The notes beneath the pieces were generated by a model. The model was not told the DNA's origin and made no database searches. It worked only from the letters and a program-made list of their open reading frames with translations. 64,000 bases of DNA from a bacterium (GTDB lineage Bacteria > Patescibacteriota > Minisyncoccia > 2-02-FULL-40-12 > IGHO2-12-FULL-4): NCBI GenBank assembly GCA_030647955.1, contig JAUSIQ010000038.1:421-64420 (forward strand). The letters are read 5' to 3'. This document shows positions 46,863 through 57,792 of the stretch, in pieces; the first letter of the stretch is position 1; each line of letters opens with the position of its first letter. The translations under genes and the position numbers were made by a program.

Positions 46863-47420
46863 ATGGCGGAAGAACGAAAAATATTTTGGAAGCATTGGAC
46901 GGGGGTTTTGTTTTTGGCTGTTTTAGCTGGATTAGTAGTTCTTCTGCTTTTGAATCTCGAGTCTGTTGTTGGCGCGGTCCAAGATCGACTGACGGCCTAT
47001 CGTTATCAAAAACAACTAGACGAGCTCGAGAAGCCTTATCGTGAGGATAAATATGGTGGCAAAACTCCCGAAGAAACCTTCGATCTCTTTATCGTTGCTC
47101 TTAAGAAAGAGGATATTGACTTGGCAAGTAAATACTTTACTATTCCAAAGCAGGAGAGCTGGAGGGCGACTTTAGATAAATATAGAACACAGAAGTTACT
47201 TGCAAACTTTACGGCTGAGCTAGAAAAGACAAGCAAAGAATGGGAAAGAGTGGAGATAAGGGATCCGGATGTCGTAGAGTTCAATAGCTATATAACGGTT
47301 GATCAAGCAACCAAGCTTAAATTTAAAGATAAGGAGTTTGATGTTCCAATTGGGAATTATCTTAATACGACTAGATTTGAAAAATATCCGAGTGGTATTT
47401 GGAAGATAAGTCTACTATGA
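46863..47420 (+). CDS. Hypothetical membrane-anchored protein
   Basis: N-terminal TM helix. The stop overlaps the next start (ATGA). Confidence 0.35.
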   Translation: MAEERKIFWKHWTGVLFLAVLAGLVVLLLLNLESVVGAVQDRLTAYRYQKQLDELEKPYREDKYGGKTPEETFDLFIVALKKEDIDLASKYFTIPKQESWRATLDKYRTQKLLANFTAELEKTSKEWERVEIRDPDVVEFNSYITVDQATKLKFKDKEFDVPIGNYLNTTRFEKYPSGIWKISLL

Positions 47421-50400
47421 CCAAGACGAAATTTGGATTGGCTGTGGGGGGATTGATCATCCCCCTTTTTCTTGGCCAAAATACATTGGCCTATAATCAA
47501 GAACATACACACCCCGCTCTAACTGATGAAGCGGTAGATTTTTATAATCTCCATTTCCCTCAAAGTAAAATTACGGAAGAAGAAAAGCAGGCTTTGATTA
47601 TGGGTGCGGTGGGTGAAGATGTTGGCGATCGGCCCATTAATCATTTTTATGATCCAGTTCATAACGAAGGCTGGTTTGGCTTTCGCTCCTCCAAAGTTTG
47701 GGCGCAAAGCTCCGCCGCTCAGCAGTATCGAAACAACCTGTACGCGACCAGTGGAATTTTAGCGGGGAGATTGTGCGATAATGACCCCGTGGATTTTTCT
47801 TACGAGCGGGCCTTGCTGGATTATGCCAAAGGAAATCGCCAAAGAGCGTTTGAGGCTTTTGGTCACGTGATGCATCTCTTGGAAGACGCTAATGTGCCGG
47901 AACATACTCGCAATGACACGCACTTGTCTATTAACCACAGCACGGGGAGTCCATATGAAACAGAAATGGCAAAATGGAACCCCATGAATTTTAATGTTGC
48001 CGCGGATTTATATAAAAAGGATCAAAAACCCATTCAATTCAATATCCTTGGGGAGTATTTCGATTCTATTGCTACCTACTCGAATAATTATTTTTTTAGT
48101 CAGGACACGATATATTCGGACAAATATCCTAGACCAGAGGTTGTCGAAATTGATCGAATTTACTTAGGAAATAACAGATGGGTATTTATTGGATTAGGTA
48201 AAAACAAGAATGGAGCTAAGTTAGAATTGGTGTCATTTGGTGGTCAAAAAGTTACTAGGAATTTTATCGAAGCACAAGATGCAACACTGATTAATGAAGG
48301 AATAGGAAGCAGGATTCTCGACGGCTATTGGGAAAGGCTTTCGAAGGATTTCGTTTTGCATGGAGCGGGGGCGATTAAGATGTTTTTAGATCAGGGAGAG
48401 GAGATGAAGCGGCAGTATCAAGCTGAATTAGCTTTAAAACAAAAGCAAAGTGGAGGTAATTTCTTCCAGAGATTATTTGGAAAGATTTTTAGTGGCTCAC
48501 AAGAGAGCGGCATTGCCTTTGTGCAGAAAACTTTAGCGCAGATAGAGTCATCCAGCACCCATCAAGCAGAAGACACTTTAGAAGATAGCGAAAAGGAGGC
48601 GGCCATTGCTTTATTTACTCCCACCCCAGCCCCTACCATTCTTCCTGTCGCTTCGCCACTTGTGGAAACTTTCTCGCCTTCTCCTATACCAACATTCTCT
48701 GCTACCCCCACTCCTTTAGCGACGACTACACCTACACCCCCTTTGTACTTTAGTGGATCAGGTAGTTCTATTGTTACCCCGTCACCAACTCTAACCCCAA
48801 CATTTACGCCCACGCCTACCCCAATAATTTCCACCCCAACTCCTACTCCTTCAGAAGAACCTACTCCCACTCCTACCTCTACTCCCTCGCCTTTTCCGGC
48901 AGTGGTTACTACTCCTACTCCAGATCTTTCTCAAAGAAAGGTGGTAATTAACGAAATTGCCTGGATGGGAACAGAAAGTTCTGCCAATGATGAGTGGATC
49001 GAGTTATACAATGCTACTTCCGGCTCTTTGGATTTGACTGATTGGAGTCTCCATTCTTTGAGTAAAATTTCTTCCGGATCACTTTCTGATCCAAAGATTG
49101 CTTTGAAGGGAACAATCAGGCCATTTGGTTTCTTCTTGCTGGAGCGCACTAATGATCAGACTGTTTCCGATATTGTCTCGGACCAGATTTATACCGGAGC
49201 TCTTGCTAATGATGGAGAAGTCTTAGAGTTAACCGATAATATCGGTCAGCGCCAAGATCTGGTTTCTAAATCCTTGGATGGATGGTATGCGGGGAGAAAT
49301 GAGAATGTAGGCGGATGGCAGAGGTTTAGTATGGAAAGAATTGATCCGGCCAAAAGTGGTGCAGATGTCAGTAGTTGGGGGACTAACAACGGAGTAAAGA
49401 AGAATGGGTTGGATGAAGATAGCCATGTGATCAACGGCACACCTGGTGCTTTGAATAGTTTACGGTTGCGTTCTAAACCGGAGGCGATTACAGATTTAAC
49501 CCTAGTCTCCAGCGACGTAAATTTACTTGAACTTTCCTGGACGGCGCCGTTGTGGAATGGAATAAATTTATTTTACGATGTGCGGTACGCCACTAGAAGT
49601 TTTGATACCCTCGAGGATTGGGATAAAGCTCGTCAGGTGAAAGAAGTCTACCCTGTGGATAATTTTGGACTAAAGATCTCACTCGCCTTCACCGTTTTGG
49701 ATTTTGGCCAGGAATATTTCTTTGCTTTAAAGGTCAAAGACGACGATGGGCAGTATTCTAATTTGTCCAATGTTATTTCCTATTCTATCCCTAGCGCAAA
49801 CTCGACTGAAAGTTGGAGTATGGCAGGCGCTAACTCTTGGCATACGCTGAAATTACCCTTCCCCGGTCCTTTTCGCTCTGACATACTAGAAGAATGGATA
49901 TTTGATGGTGCGACAGGAGGTGCGCCAAGTCAGCCGGTCATCGCGCCAAATGGCGTAGTGTACTTTGGCGTGGCGCACTCGACTGCGCCATATCTCTACG
50001 CCATTGGCGCGGATGGCGCAATGCTTTGGCGCAATGACGCAGTGTCTGGCGCACCAACTACGCCAGTGGCACTCTATGACAATTCTGTCGTATTCGGCCA
50101 CTTCGATTTTGGCACAGAGATTGTCGCACTTGATGCCAGTGGCGCAGTGCGATGGCGCACTGGCGTTGGTGATAGGGTGGATCAAATAACAGCGGATAAG
50201 CATGGCACGGTTTATTTCAGTTCAGAGAATAATAAGCTGACGGCTATGAAGGCAGATGGCACAGTCAAGTGGCAGGCTTCTAATAGCGACATCTTTAATG
50301 TTGCGCCAGTGGTTTTGGATGATGGGAATGTTTATACCACTGGTGTAAATGGCGGAGTGCCAACGTTCTATGCTTTCAGTGGTGACGATGGCGCATTGCT

Positions 50401-50929
50401 TTGGTCTGCGCGCCTGACGAATAACTGCCTATGCGGAGTATCTAATATCTCTTACGACGCCGAAGGCGATACTCTGTACGCCACTGCCAACCAGTATGTT
50501 ATCAAAGTGAGCCGTTCCGGTACCGGTCTGCAGGCCTTCTTGTCTGATGGCACGACATTCTCGGCCTCGACCTCTACTGTCGCTTCGATTGGCGACGACA
50601 ATATCATTGTCGGTGTTGATCTGTCGCGTGCCAATCCGGCCTCGGCATCGCTGGTCTTGGCGATTAATAAAAATACCCAAGAGATTGTTTGGAAGTATCC
50701 CGTGGCGGGAGTGATTAATAAGCAGATCTCGATCGATTCCGAAGAGAATGTCTACTTTTCTACTAAAGATGGGCGAGTGTATAGCTTGAATTCAGTTGGC
50801 AAACTTAACTGGTTTATGGAATTTCCCTACTCTATATTCACCTCCCCAGTCATTGTGCGGGATGCTCTCTATATCGCTCTGGCTAACGGCTGGCTAGTAA
50901 GAATTGTTAATCCAATCAGTCTTGAATAG
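47417..50929 (+). CDS. Giant secreted protein: zinc-dependent PLC/S1-P1 nuclease-like domain, P/T-rich linker, lamin-tail domain, FN3, PQQ-like beta-propeller
   Basis: His-rich motif HVMHLLEDANVPEHTRND (H..D...P.H). Linker TPTPTPIISTPTPTPSEEPTPTPTSTP. LTD segment VVINEIAWMGTESSANDEWIELYN..LDLTDWSL. PQQ repeats VYFGVAH..YLYAIGADGAMLW and GTVYFSS..KLTAMKADGTVKW. Confidence 0.55.
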   Translation: MTKTKFGLAVGGLIIPLFLGQNTLAYNQEHTHPALTDEAVDFYNLHFPQSKITEEEKQALIMGAVGEDVGDRPINHFYDPVHNEGWFGFRSSKVWAQSSAAQQYRNNLYATSGILAGRLCDNDPVDFSYERALLDYAKGNRQRAFEAFGHVMHLLEDANVPEHTRNDTHLSINHSTGSPYETEMAKWNPMNFNVAADLYKKDQKPIQFNILGEYFDSIATYSNNYFFSQDTIYSDKYPRPEVVEIDRIYLGNNRWVFIGLGKNKNGAKLELVSFGGQKVTRNFIEAQDATLINEGIGSRILDGYWERLSKDFVLHGAGAIKMFLDQGEEMKRQYQAELALKQKQSGGNFFQRLFGKIFSGSQESGIAFVQKTLAQIESSSTHQAEDTLEDSEKEAAIALFTPTPAPTILPVASPLVETFSPSPIPTFSATPTPLATTTPTPPLYFSGSGSSIVTPSPTLTPTFTPTPTPIISTPTPTPSEEPTPTPTSTPSPFPAVVTTPTPDLSQRKVVINEIAWMGTESSANDEWIELYNATSGSLDLTDWSLHSLSKISSGSLSDPKIALKGTIRPFGFFLLERTNDQTVSDIVSDQIYTGALANDGEVLELTDNIGQRQDLVSKSLDGWYAGRNENVGGWQRFSMERIDPAKSGADVSSWGTNNGVKKNGLDEDSHVINGTPGALNSLRLRSKPEAITDLTLVSSDVNLLELSWTAPLWNGINLFYDVRYATRSFDTLEDWDKARQVKEVYPVDNFGLKISLAFTVLDFGQEYFFALKVKDDDGQYSNLSNVISYSIPSANSTESWSMAGANSWHTLKLPFPGPFRSDILEEWIFDGATGGAPSQPVIAPNGVVYFGVAHSTAPYLYAIGADGAMLWRNDAVSGAPTTPVALYDNSVVFGHFDFGTEIVALDASGAVRWRTGVGDRVDQITADKHGTVYFSSENNKLTAMKADGTVKWQASNSDIFNVAPVVLDDGNVYTTGVNGGVPTFYAFSGDDGALLWSARLTNNCLCGVSNISYDAEGDTLYATANQYVIKVSRSGTGLQAFLSDGTTFSASTSTVASIGDDNIIVGVDLSRANPASASLVLAINKNTQEIVWKYPVAGVINKQISIDSEENVYFSTKDGRVYSLNSVGKLNWFMEFPYSIFTSPVIVRDALYIALANGWLVRIVNPISLE

Positions 50930-51127
50930 AAAGGACTGCTTTTACATCTCTTGGGCTGGTGCGATTGTATCCAGTTATCCACACTTTACTGGTTGTTTTG
51001 AAAAAACCGGCACGGTATAATGGGTCTAGGTTATGTAAGTCGTAAGTGGATTTTAGTAACCTGTTTGTTGCCTTTTGAAGGGTAAGTTTGTCTGTATTTA
51101 CAATAAAAAGAGAGGGCGAATCTTTAT

Positions 51128-51155
51128 TTGACATTAGTGTTCATTTTGCTAGAAT
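51128..51155 (+). promoter_or_regulatory. Sigma70-like promoter (TTGACA-16-TAGAAT) giving a leader of about 430 nt
   Basis: -35 at 51128-51133, -10 at 51150-51155. The leader contains the hairpin TAATTGCGAG...CTCTCAATTA. Confidence 0.45.
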
Positions 51156-51591
51156 ACTAAGATAAATGCCCAGTTTAGATGGGGCTTTGGCCTTATAAGT
51201 CGATAATTGCGAGTTATTTATAGCTCTCAATTACTGGCCTATAAAGGGAGGAATCCCCCACGGCTCGGACCTTTAAAAATAAATAATTATGTTGCAACAG
51301 GTTGTGTTTCATTTTAGAAAGTTTGATTTAAGGTCCCGGTCTTATCCGGTTGATTAAGTTCAAACGGTAAGATCACCTAAGAGAGTTACGAAACGAGTCC
51401 AGCGGAACAAATTTAGTTTCAGATGTTTTACTCGGTCGGTCGAATAAGAGAGTAAACTTCCTTTTAGGAATATGAATTAAATTTGAGGACTCAAGATTAA
51501 TGTAAGTGTAAAGTCTTTCTCGATTGAGCCGTCGATAAAAACGTCGTAAGGCGTGAGGCTAAATCAGAGAGGCCAAAAAATAACTTAAGCT

Positions 51592-54500
51592 ATGAATAAA
51601 TTTTTAAGCAGAAAGACACGAGCGGTAGCCTTAAAGGCTTCCTCGGTTGTCACAGGAATGACGACAGTTTTGTCGTTATCCGGGCTGATGTACTTCGCTC
51701 CAGTAGCGAGTGCAGCCATCCCTTCTGATTACGGATTGAAAGAAGGCGACACGATTAGTGCTGCCGGCTCTGACGATCCAGATATCTATATTGTTAATGA
51801 ACATGGTTTCAAGAGATTGTTCTTGAACCCGGTGATCTTCAACTTCTACGGTCATCTCGGAGGTTTTGCTAACGTAAAGAATGTTTCCTCGACTACTCGA
51901 GATGCGTTCGGTACTTCCGGCTTATTCCGAAACTGTGAAACTGGAGATCAGAAAGTTTACGGAGTAGAATCTACTGGCGAAGACACTGCCATGTTGCACT
52001 GGGTAAACACCAGTGGATCACAGGCTGTTGCTGACGATGCGAACTTTTTCAAAAAAGTTTTCTGTATCAACAACAACGAGTTTAGCTGGTACTCCAAGGG
52101 TTCTGACTACACTTCGGTGAGTCAGGTTCCGAACTACTCTCGAACTCCTGGCGCGACCCCGACCCCTGTGGTTGGTGCGATTTCCGTCAGTCTAGCCTCC
52201 GGTAATCCTGCAGCCCAAACGATTACCAAGAATGCCGCTGGAGCGGAGGTATTAAGAGTTAGGTTATCCGGTTCGGGAACAGTTAACACGGTAACCCTAA
52301 AGAGATTGGGTCCCGGCGCAGTAGCCGACTTCACCAATGTTTATGTTTATGATGGAGCAGAGAGATTGGTTTCAGGTAAGACATTCTCCACTTCATCCGG
52401 TGAAGCGACATTCTTATTGAATCTTGCTGTGAGCGGCACCAAAGACCTATCATTTGTGGCTGACATGGCTGGAAGTGCGGCAACTGCCGGTAACGTGAAC
52501 TATGTTCAGGTAACTGGTGTAACTGCGGCAGGAGGAGCTTCCGTATCCGGTTTACCGGTTACTGGTAATAATATAACTATTTCGGGTGCTTCATCCGGCG
52601 GAGTTACATTGACCACATCCGGTTCAATGTCTAATCCCACGGTTGGACAAAAGGGTGTTCAAATCGGTGAATTCAAGGTTACGGCCAACACCGAAGCCGC
52701 ATCCATGAGGCGCTTTTCTTTGCTAAATGGCGGAAATGTCAGATCAACTGACTTAACCAATGTTAAGTTGACGACCGGATCAAGCACTTGGACTGGTACT
52801 TCAACTGCCGATGGTTACTTAGTCTTTGATCTAGGTTCCGGCCACACTATTGCCAAAGGTGGCAACGCGATTTTCAAAGTTTACGCTGATGTCGGCGGAA
52901 AGAAAGACGAGACCATCAAGCTCTACTTTGAAACCGATGCCGACACATTGGCAATTGGTGACCAGTACGGTTATGGTATGGCGGTTACTGACACTGATGT
53001 AGATGCATCCGGCAATGTCAGCGACCTTACTCTGCAGGGCGGAGTATTGACCCTAGCGTTCAATGGTCCTCCAGCTCAAACTGTCGGCACCACTGTAACC
53101 GACATTACTCTTCTTAAATACTCCATGACGGCTGCGGCTAACATTGAAGTAAAGAAGACCGAGTTCACACTCTGTAAAGATGACACGGGTGACGGCACTT
53201 ATGATGCCGCCGCCGACGCCACTAACGGCTGGGCCGACCTTACCGACTTTAAAATATGGGATGAAGGTACTGGCGCAGTCATCATGGGTCCGCATGACGG
53301 TTCCGCATTCACGGGATCAGATGCTGGTTCATGTCCTGATTCAGTCACAGGCGCCCAGAAAGAATTTACGGATGCGTTTGACTTGCTGGCCGGTCAGACC
53401 TACAACTTCAAAGTTACGGCTGATGTCACGGCTGATGATACCGGAAGCGGTATTAAGCTGGCATCTACGGATATCTTCAGAGCCGTCCTTGACGATTACT
53501 CGGATGATGCCGCTGTAACGGTCATGAAATACTCCGGAACAACCACCGCGGTCGCCGCGGCTGACATGGTTCCTCGAGCGGATCTCGCCGGTAACAACAT
53601 TACGCTTTCTTCTTCTTCTTTGACCTTGAGCTTAGCCGGTAATCCGGCCAGCCAGACCAAGATCAGAGGTTCAGCTGATGTTGATGCGGTTGGTATTACA
53701 TTTGCCGCGGGCCAGGCCTCTGAACTTAAAGTAACAACTATTAAGATCACCGGTTACGCCGCTGATACTGCGGGAGATACCTACGATGAAGGTACCCCTG
53801 ATGCGGATAATGACAACGGTGTCTCGGTTGCCAATATGGCCGGTTCTGTTGAGTTGTATGATTCAACCGGAACTTTGGTGGGCGGTTCAAGCAATGTAAC
53901 CAATAATGCATTGGGTACGGGCGGAACCGGAACGATGACCTTCTCCAACTTGAATTGGGTTCTTCCAGCCGGTACTTCGAAGACATTGTTAGTCAGAGCT
54001 GATCTTTCTAACAACACCGCTTCAGGTACAGCCGGAGATCTCTATGCCTTTGATATCGCCGCGACAACCGATATTACGGCCTTAGATAAGGATTCCAACA
54101 CGGTCAATGCCGGTAATGCCGGAGTAAACGGCACCACCAGCCCGACTAAGGTATTGACTGTAAAGAACAGCGGTTCAATGACATTGGCCACTTCAGCAGA
54201 CACTCCTTCCAAGGGCGCTGTTTATTGGGGTCAGGCCAATGCTCCGATCTCCAAGTTCCGATTGACTTCTACGGATGAAGGCCAATATCTTGAGAAATTA
54301 ACCATTGCCGCCTCTGTTGGCGCGGAAGCTACAGCCGCCGCCGCAAATGTTAAAGAAGTACTGTTGACCTACAAGAACAAAGCCGGAAGCACCTTGACCA
54401 CGACCCAGTCGTTTGGCAATGCCGCTTCTGTGAACTTCGCGTGGGCAGCCGGTGATGCTAACCGACCGTATGTGCCGAAGGATTCAAGTTTGGACATTGC

Positions 54501-55266
54501 CGTCAATGCTAACATGAAGACTAAGGCTGAAGGAGCTACTCAAATGGGAGCCAATACCACCAGACACTTCTCACTGGACTTAGTTGATAAGTTCAACGGA
54601 AGCCATACTAATGGATTCAGAGCAGTTGGTGAAGGCTCTGGAACAGTTCTTGATGGTACTGCTACGGGTATCAACGATGTAGTTGGCGCCAATAACCAGT
54701 ATATCTACAGAGTATTTCCGAAGTTTGATGTAGTTACCTTGTCGGCACCTTACGATTTAGTTGGTAATCCAACCGTATTCAAGTTCTCGATCACGGCGAT
54801 GGGACTTACAGACTCAACGCTAAGGTTTGACAACGAGGATGACGCCTCCGGATCTATCAAATTCGAGATCATATCATCCGGTGCCGTCGATGGAGACACT
54901 ACCGTAAGCACCTATAATGACTCTACCAGTGAGGTTGTAGACACCGTCGCTCTAACGAATGACGGTAATGCATCGCCAAATGCTTCGTACACCTTGAATT
55001 TCACGTCTAAAGACATTGAAATCACGGGTGGATCTACTAAGACCTTCAGAATTCAACTTGATTCCACGTCAGTTTACGACGATGTTGCCGGAACTGGAGT
55101 GGGCGCGGATTACTTCCAAGTAGTATTGCGCGATGAAGGTGACACCGATACTAATATCGTAAGATGGGTTGGAAACTACGACAACACTACAGGTTCTGAA
55201 GACACGACTTCAACAGCCGGTGTCCTAAGAAACCTACCGTTGTTCGGCCCCAACTTCACTAGATAG
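51592..55266 (+). CDS. Putative S-layer/surface-array protein (1224 aa, signal peptide, acidic T/S/G/A/N-rich beta-type repeats)
   Basis: Signal peptide ending VASAAIP. Low Lys/Arg, high Thr/Ser/Gly/Asp content. Expression features: strong promoter, long leader, tandem strong terminators. Confidence 0.45.
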   Translation: MNKFLSRKTRAVALKASSVVTGMTTVLSLSGLMYFAPVASAAIPSDYGLKEGDTISAAGSDDPDIYIVNEHGFKRLFLNPVIFNFYGHLGGFANVKNVSSTTRDAFGTSGLFRNCETGDQKVYGVESTGEDTAMLHWVNTSGSQAVADDANFFKKVFCINNNEFSWYSKGSDYTSVSQVPNYSRTPGATPTPVVGAISVSLASGNPAAQTITKNAAGAEVLRVRLSGSGTVNTVTLKRLGPGAVADFTNVYVYDGAERLVSGKTFSTSSGEATFLLNLAVSGTKDLSFVADMAGSAATAGNVNYVQVTGVTAAGGASVSGLPVTGNNITISGASSGGVTLTTSGSMSNPTVGQKGVQIGEFKVTANTEAASMRRFSLLNGGNVRSTDLTNVKLTTGSSTWTGTSTADGYLVFDLGSGHTIAKGGNAIFKVYADVGGKKDETIKLYFETDADTLAIGDQYGYGMAVTDTDVDASGNVSDLTLQGGVLTLAFNGPPAQTVGTTVTDITLLKYSMTAAANIEVKKTEFTLCKDDTGDGTYDAAADATNGWADLTDFKIWDEGTGAVIMGPHDGSAFTGSDAGSCPDSVTGAQKEFTDAFDLLAGQTYNFKVTADVTADDTGSGIKLASTDIFRAVLDDYSDDAAVTVMKYSGTTTAVAAADMVPRADLAGNNITLSSSSLTLSLAGNPASQTKIRGSADVDAVGITFAAGQASELKVTTIKITGYAADTAGDTYDEGTPDADNDNGVSVANMAGSVELYDSTGTLVGGSSNVTNNALGTGGTGTMTFSNLNWVLPAGTSKTLLVRADLSNNTASGTAGDLYAFDIAATTDITALDKDSNTVNAGNAGVNGTTSPTKVLTVKNSGSMTLATSADTPSKGAVYWGQANAPISKFRLTSTDEGQYLEKLTIAASVGAEATAAAANVKEVLLTYKNKAGSTLTTTQSFGNAASVNFAWAAGDANRPYVPKDSSLDIAVNANMKTKAEGATQMGANTTRHFSLDLVDKFNGSHTNGFRAVGEGSGTVLDGTATGINDVVGANNQYIYRVFPKFDVVTLSAPYDLVGNPTVFKFSITAMGLTDSTLRFDNEDDASGSIKFEIISSGAVDGDTTVSTYNDSTSEVVDTVALTNDGNASPNASYTLNFTSKDIEITGGSTKTFRIQLDSTSVYDDVAGTGVGADYFQVVLRDEGDTDTNIVRWVGNYDNTTGSEDTTSTAGVLRNLPLFGPNFTR

Positions 55267-55319
55267 TTCGGTTCAACTGGTTCAGTTAATTAGGTCGAAT
55301 TGGTTAACTGACAAACCTA

Positions 55320-55363
55320 CCCCCCACTTTTTAAAAGACCAAAAAGTGGGGGGTTTGGTTTTG
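55320..55363 (+). terminator. Strong rho-independent terminator
   Basis: CCCCCCACTTTTT-aaaagacc-AAAAAGTGGGGGG followed by TTTGGTTTTG. Confidence 0.65.
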
Positions 55364-55367
55364 TCCC

Positions 55368-55430
55368 GTTAGAGAACGCCCTCGCCGCAGGCGAGTGGCT
55401 TCAGTCACCTCGGGGCGGCTTTTCTCTAAC
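55368..55430 (+). other. Structured intergenic element (nested hairpins, a second terminator-like structure)
   Basis: Outer stem GTTAGAGAA/TTCTCTAAC encloses CGCCC/GGGGCG and CTCGCC-gca-GGCGAG. A U-run follows the inner stem. Confidence 0.35.
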
Positions 55431-55471
55431 AGGATTGCTTTTTTCATCTGTTTTGCTAATATTCCCTCATT

Positions 55472-56023
55472 ATGATGAATAAAAATACGTTAGTTTGGCT
55501 TATAGTTTTGCTGGTGGGGGTGGTTTTAATTGGATATTCTTTTGTTAGAAATGAGGGAGAGGAATTGGCTTATATTTCTCCGAGTTCCCATCTTTCTCCA
55601 GAGGTCACAGCCAGCCCATCACCATTGGCTAGTCCGTCTGTTTCACCGTCTCCATTGCCCAAAGCTTCTCCTGTGCCGGTAGCCGTCGTATCTTGCCGCT
55701 TGCAGGGCGAGATTAAGTTTTTGACATCCAGTCTTTACGATAACCAGGACGCCAAATTTATTTACAGCGGAATTGACCATCCGGCAAGAAATATTTTGTG
55801 GACGGTAACTCCCCAGGATGATCTATCCGTAGGACCTAATATATTCGATAGGTTGCCAATACCCAATGGAGAAAGTTTGTTGGGCATAGTCCTTCCCGCC
55901 GAACCGGTGGCTAAAAAATATGAACTGACCGCCAAAGTACAATACGGTCAATTAGTTGACGGCACTCTTAAAGTTTTAGAAAAACAATGCTCTGGGAAAA
56001 CGACCGTGGTTCTACCCGAATGA
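55472..56023 (+). CDS. Secreted hypothetical protein with an SP-rich linker
   Basis: N-terminal TM/signal peptide, then SPSPLASPSVSPSPLPKASPVPV. Confidence 0.4.
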   Translation: MMNKNTLVWLIVLLVGVVLIGYSFVRNEGEELAYISPSSHLSPEVTASPSPLASPSVSPSPLPKASPVPVAVVSCRLQGEIKFLTSSLYDNQDAKFIYSGIDHPARNILWTVTPQDDLSVGPNIFDRLPIPNGESLLGIVLPAEPVAKKYELTAKVQYGQLVDGTLKVLEKQCSGKTTVVLPE

Positions 56024-57792
56024 ATTTAAGAGTGATTTACTCAAAAAATCCGGTAATTTTTCTAGTCTCCACTCTGGCCGTTATCGGATTTTTTGTTTAC
56101 TCCTTTAACCTTCACAACGGTCTGTTTTGGGACGACCACGATTGGATAAAGAACAATGTTTATGTGCACAGTTTTTCTTGGGATAATGTTAAGTTTTGGA
56201 TGACTAACAACACTCTGGCCGGAGTAGGTATAGACAGCAACTATTATCGGCCGTTTTTATTTTTTACTTTTACGTTAAATTATGTAATATCCGGTATGGA
56301 GCCGCTGGGATATCATCTTCTGAGCAACGTCTTGCACCTATTCAATGGGGTATTAGTGTTTAGTATTTTGCATCTAGTGTTTAGGAGAAAACTGTTGGCA
56401 TTTTTGGCTGCTTTATTTTTTATCGTTCATCCTTTGCAAACGGAAGCCGTGTCGTATATTTCCGGAAGAGGCGATGTGCTGGTTACGATGTTTATGCTTC
56501 TATCCTTGTTGCTGTTTTATATTTCAGAATCAAAAAAGGAAACGTGGTTGGGGTATAAAAAAATACTGTCTTTAATATTTCTTGTTCTCGGTCTTCTTAG
56601 TCGCGAAACAGGCATCATCTTCCCGGTATTGGCCCTGGCTTTATATGTCTCGGCTATTTCAACCCAAAAATTTTTAGCGTCTATTCGTCGGGGAATTATC
56701 AAAACATGGCCCTATTTTGCCGTAGTGATAGTTTATGGGATTCTGCGGCTTACGGTGTTGAACTTTCTTAATACCCTAGATTTTTACACGGAACCTAATG
56801 TTTATTCCGAGAATCTTCACATCAGGATATTCACCTTCGGACCTATCTTATGGGAGTACCTTAAACTGTTAGTCGTTCCCATCGGACTGCATATGGAGCG
56901 CAGTGTGACAGTGTATACCTCCTTACTTCAGTGGCCCGTCTGGCCGGTGGCACTGGCCGTAGCTAGTATTTTGTATTTTGTATTTAGGTTACACAAGAAA
57001 GAAAATTCTAAACACGAAGCAAGCCGAGTGTGGACACTCGGCTTGCTGTGGTTCTTCATTGCCCTGGGACCCGTTTCGGGCATAACGCCGATCAATGCCT
57101 TAATGTATGAACATTGGCTGTATATGCCCATGATCGGTTTTTGGCTGATTGCGTCTTTCTACCTTGTCAAACTGTTTGATAGTTTAAAAAATAAACGATT
57201 TTTGTTTGTAATTTGCATTTTGTTATTCGGAACTTATATTTCTTTTCTTGGATTTCAATCTGTGAAAAGAAATATTCTATGGGGCAAAGAGAAAGAGTTT
57301 TACGAGGATATACTCAAATATGAGCCGGATAGTTCAAGGATACTCAATAATTTAGGTAATTATTATTTTAATAAAGACGAGGAGGACAAAGCCGAGGGAT
57401 ATTATCTGAAAGCAGTTCAGACCGGCGATGTATTCGCCCAGCCGTATTATAATTTGGGCAGTATGCTTCAAGCCAGAGGCGATAATTTTGGAGCTATACA
57501 GCTCTATGAAAAGGCAATCAATATTGATCCCAATTTTTACTATCCCTATCAAGCCCTGGCGGTGGTGTACGCTCAGCAAGGCAATCTATCAGAAGCTTCA
57601 GAGAATATCGAGAAATTAAAAGTGCTCTTGCCGACCAATGCCCGTGTTTATTATAATTCATCCCTTATTTACGCTACGCTAAAAAACAATGAGCAAGCGT
57701 TAAAAGATCTTAAAACCGGACTTAAATATACAAAACTTGATCCCGAGACGGAGCAGCTGATCAAGGATCTTATCAAGAAACTAGAAAAATGA
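56020..57792 (+). CDS. TMTC-like GT-C fold membrane glycosyltransferase (PMT_2/DUF1736-like) with C-terminal TPR repeats
   Basis: ATGA overlap start. GLFWDDHDWIKNNVYV motif near the N-terminus. About 11 TM helices. C-terminal TPR-like repeats (YYNLGSMLQARGDNFGAIQLYEKAINIDPNF...). Confidence 0.5.
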   Translation: MNLRVIYSKNPVIFLVSTLAVIGFFVYSFNLHNGLFWDDHDWIKNNVYVHSFSWDNVKFWMTNNTLAGVGIDSNYYRPFLFFTFTLNYVISGMEPLGYHLLSNVLHLFNGVLVFSILHLVFRRKLLAFLAALFFIVHPLQTEAVSYISGRGDVLVTMFMLLSLLLFYISESKKETWLGYKKILSLIFLVLGLLSRETGIIFPVLALALYVSAISTQKFLASIRRGIIKTWPYFAVVIVYGILRLTVLNFLNTLDFYTEPNVYSENLHIRIFTFGPILWEYLKLLVVPIGLHMERSVTVYTSLLQWPVWPVALAVASILYFVFRLHKKENSKHEASRVWTLGLLWFFIALGPVSGITPINALMYEHWLYMPMIGFWLIASFYLVKLFDSLKNKRFLFVICILLFGTYISFLGFQSVKRNILWGKEKEFYEDILKYEPDSSRILNNLGNYYFNKDEEDKAEGYYLKAVQTGDVFAQPYYNLGSMLQARGDNFGAIQLYEKAINIDPNFYYPYQALAVVYAQQGNLSEASENIEKLKVLLPTNARVYYNSSLIYATLKNNEQALKDLKTGLKYTKLDPETEQLIKDLIKKLEK

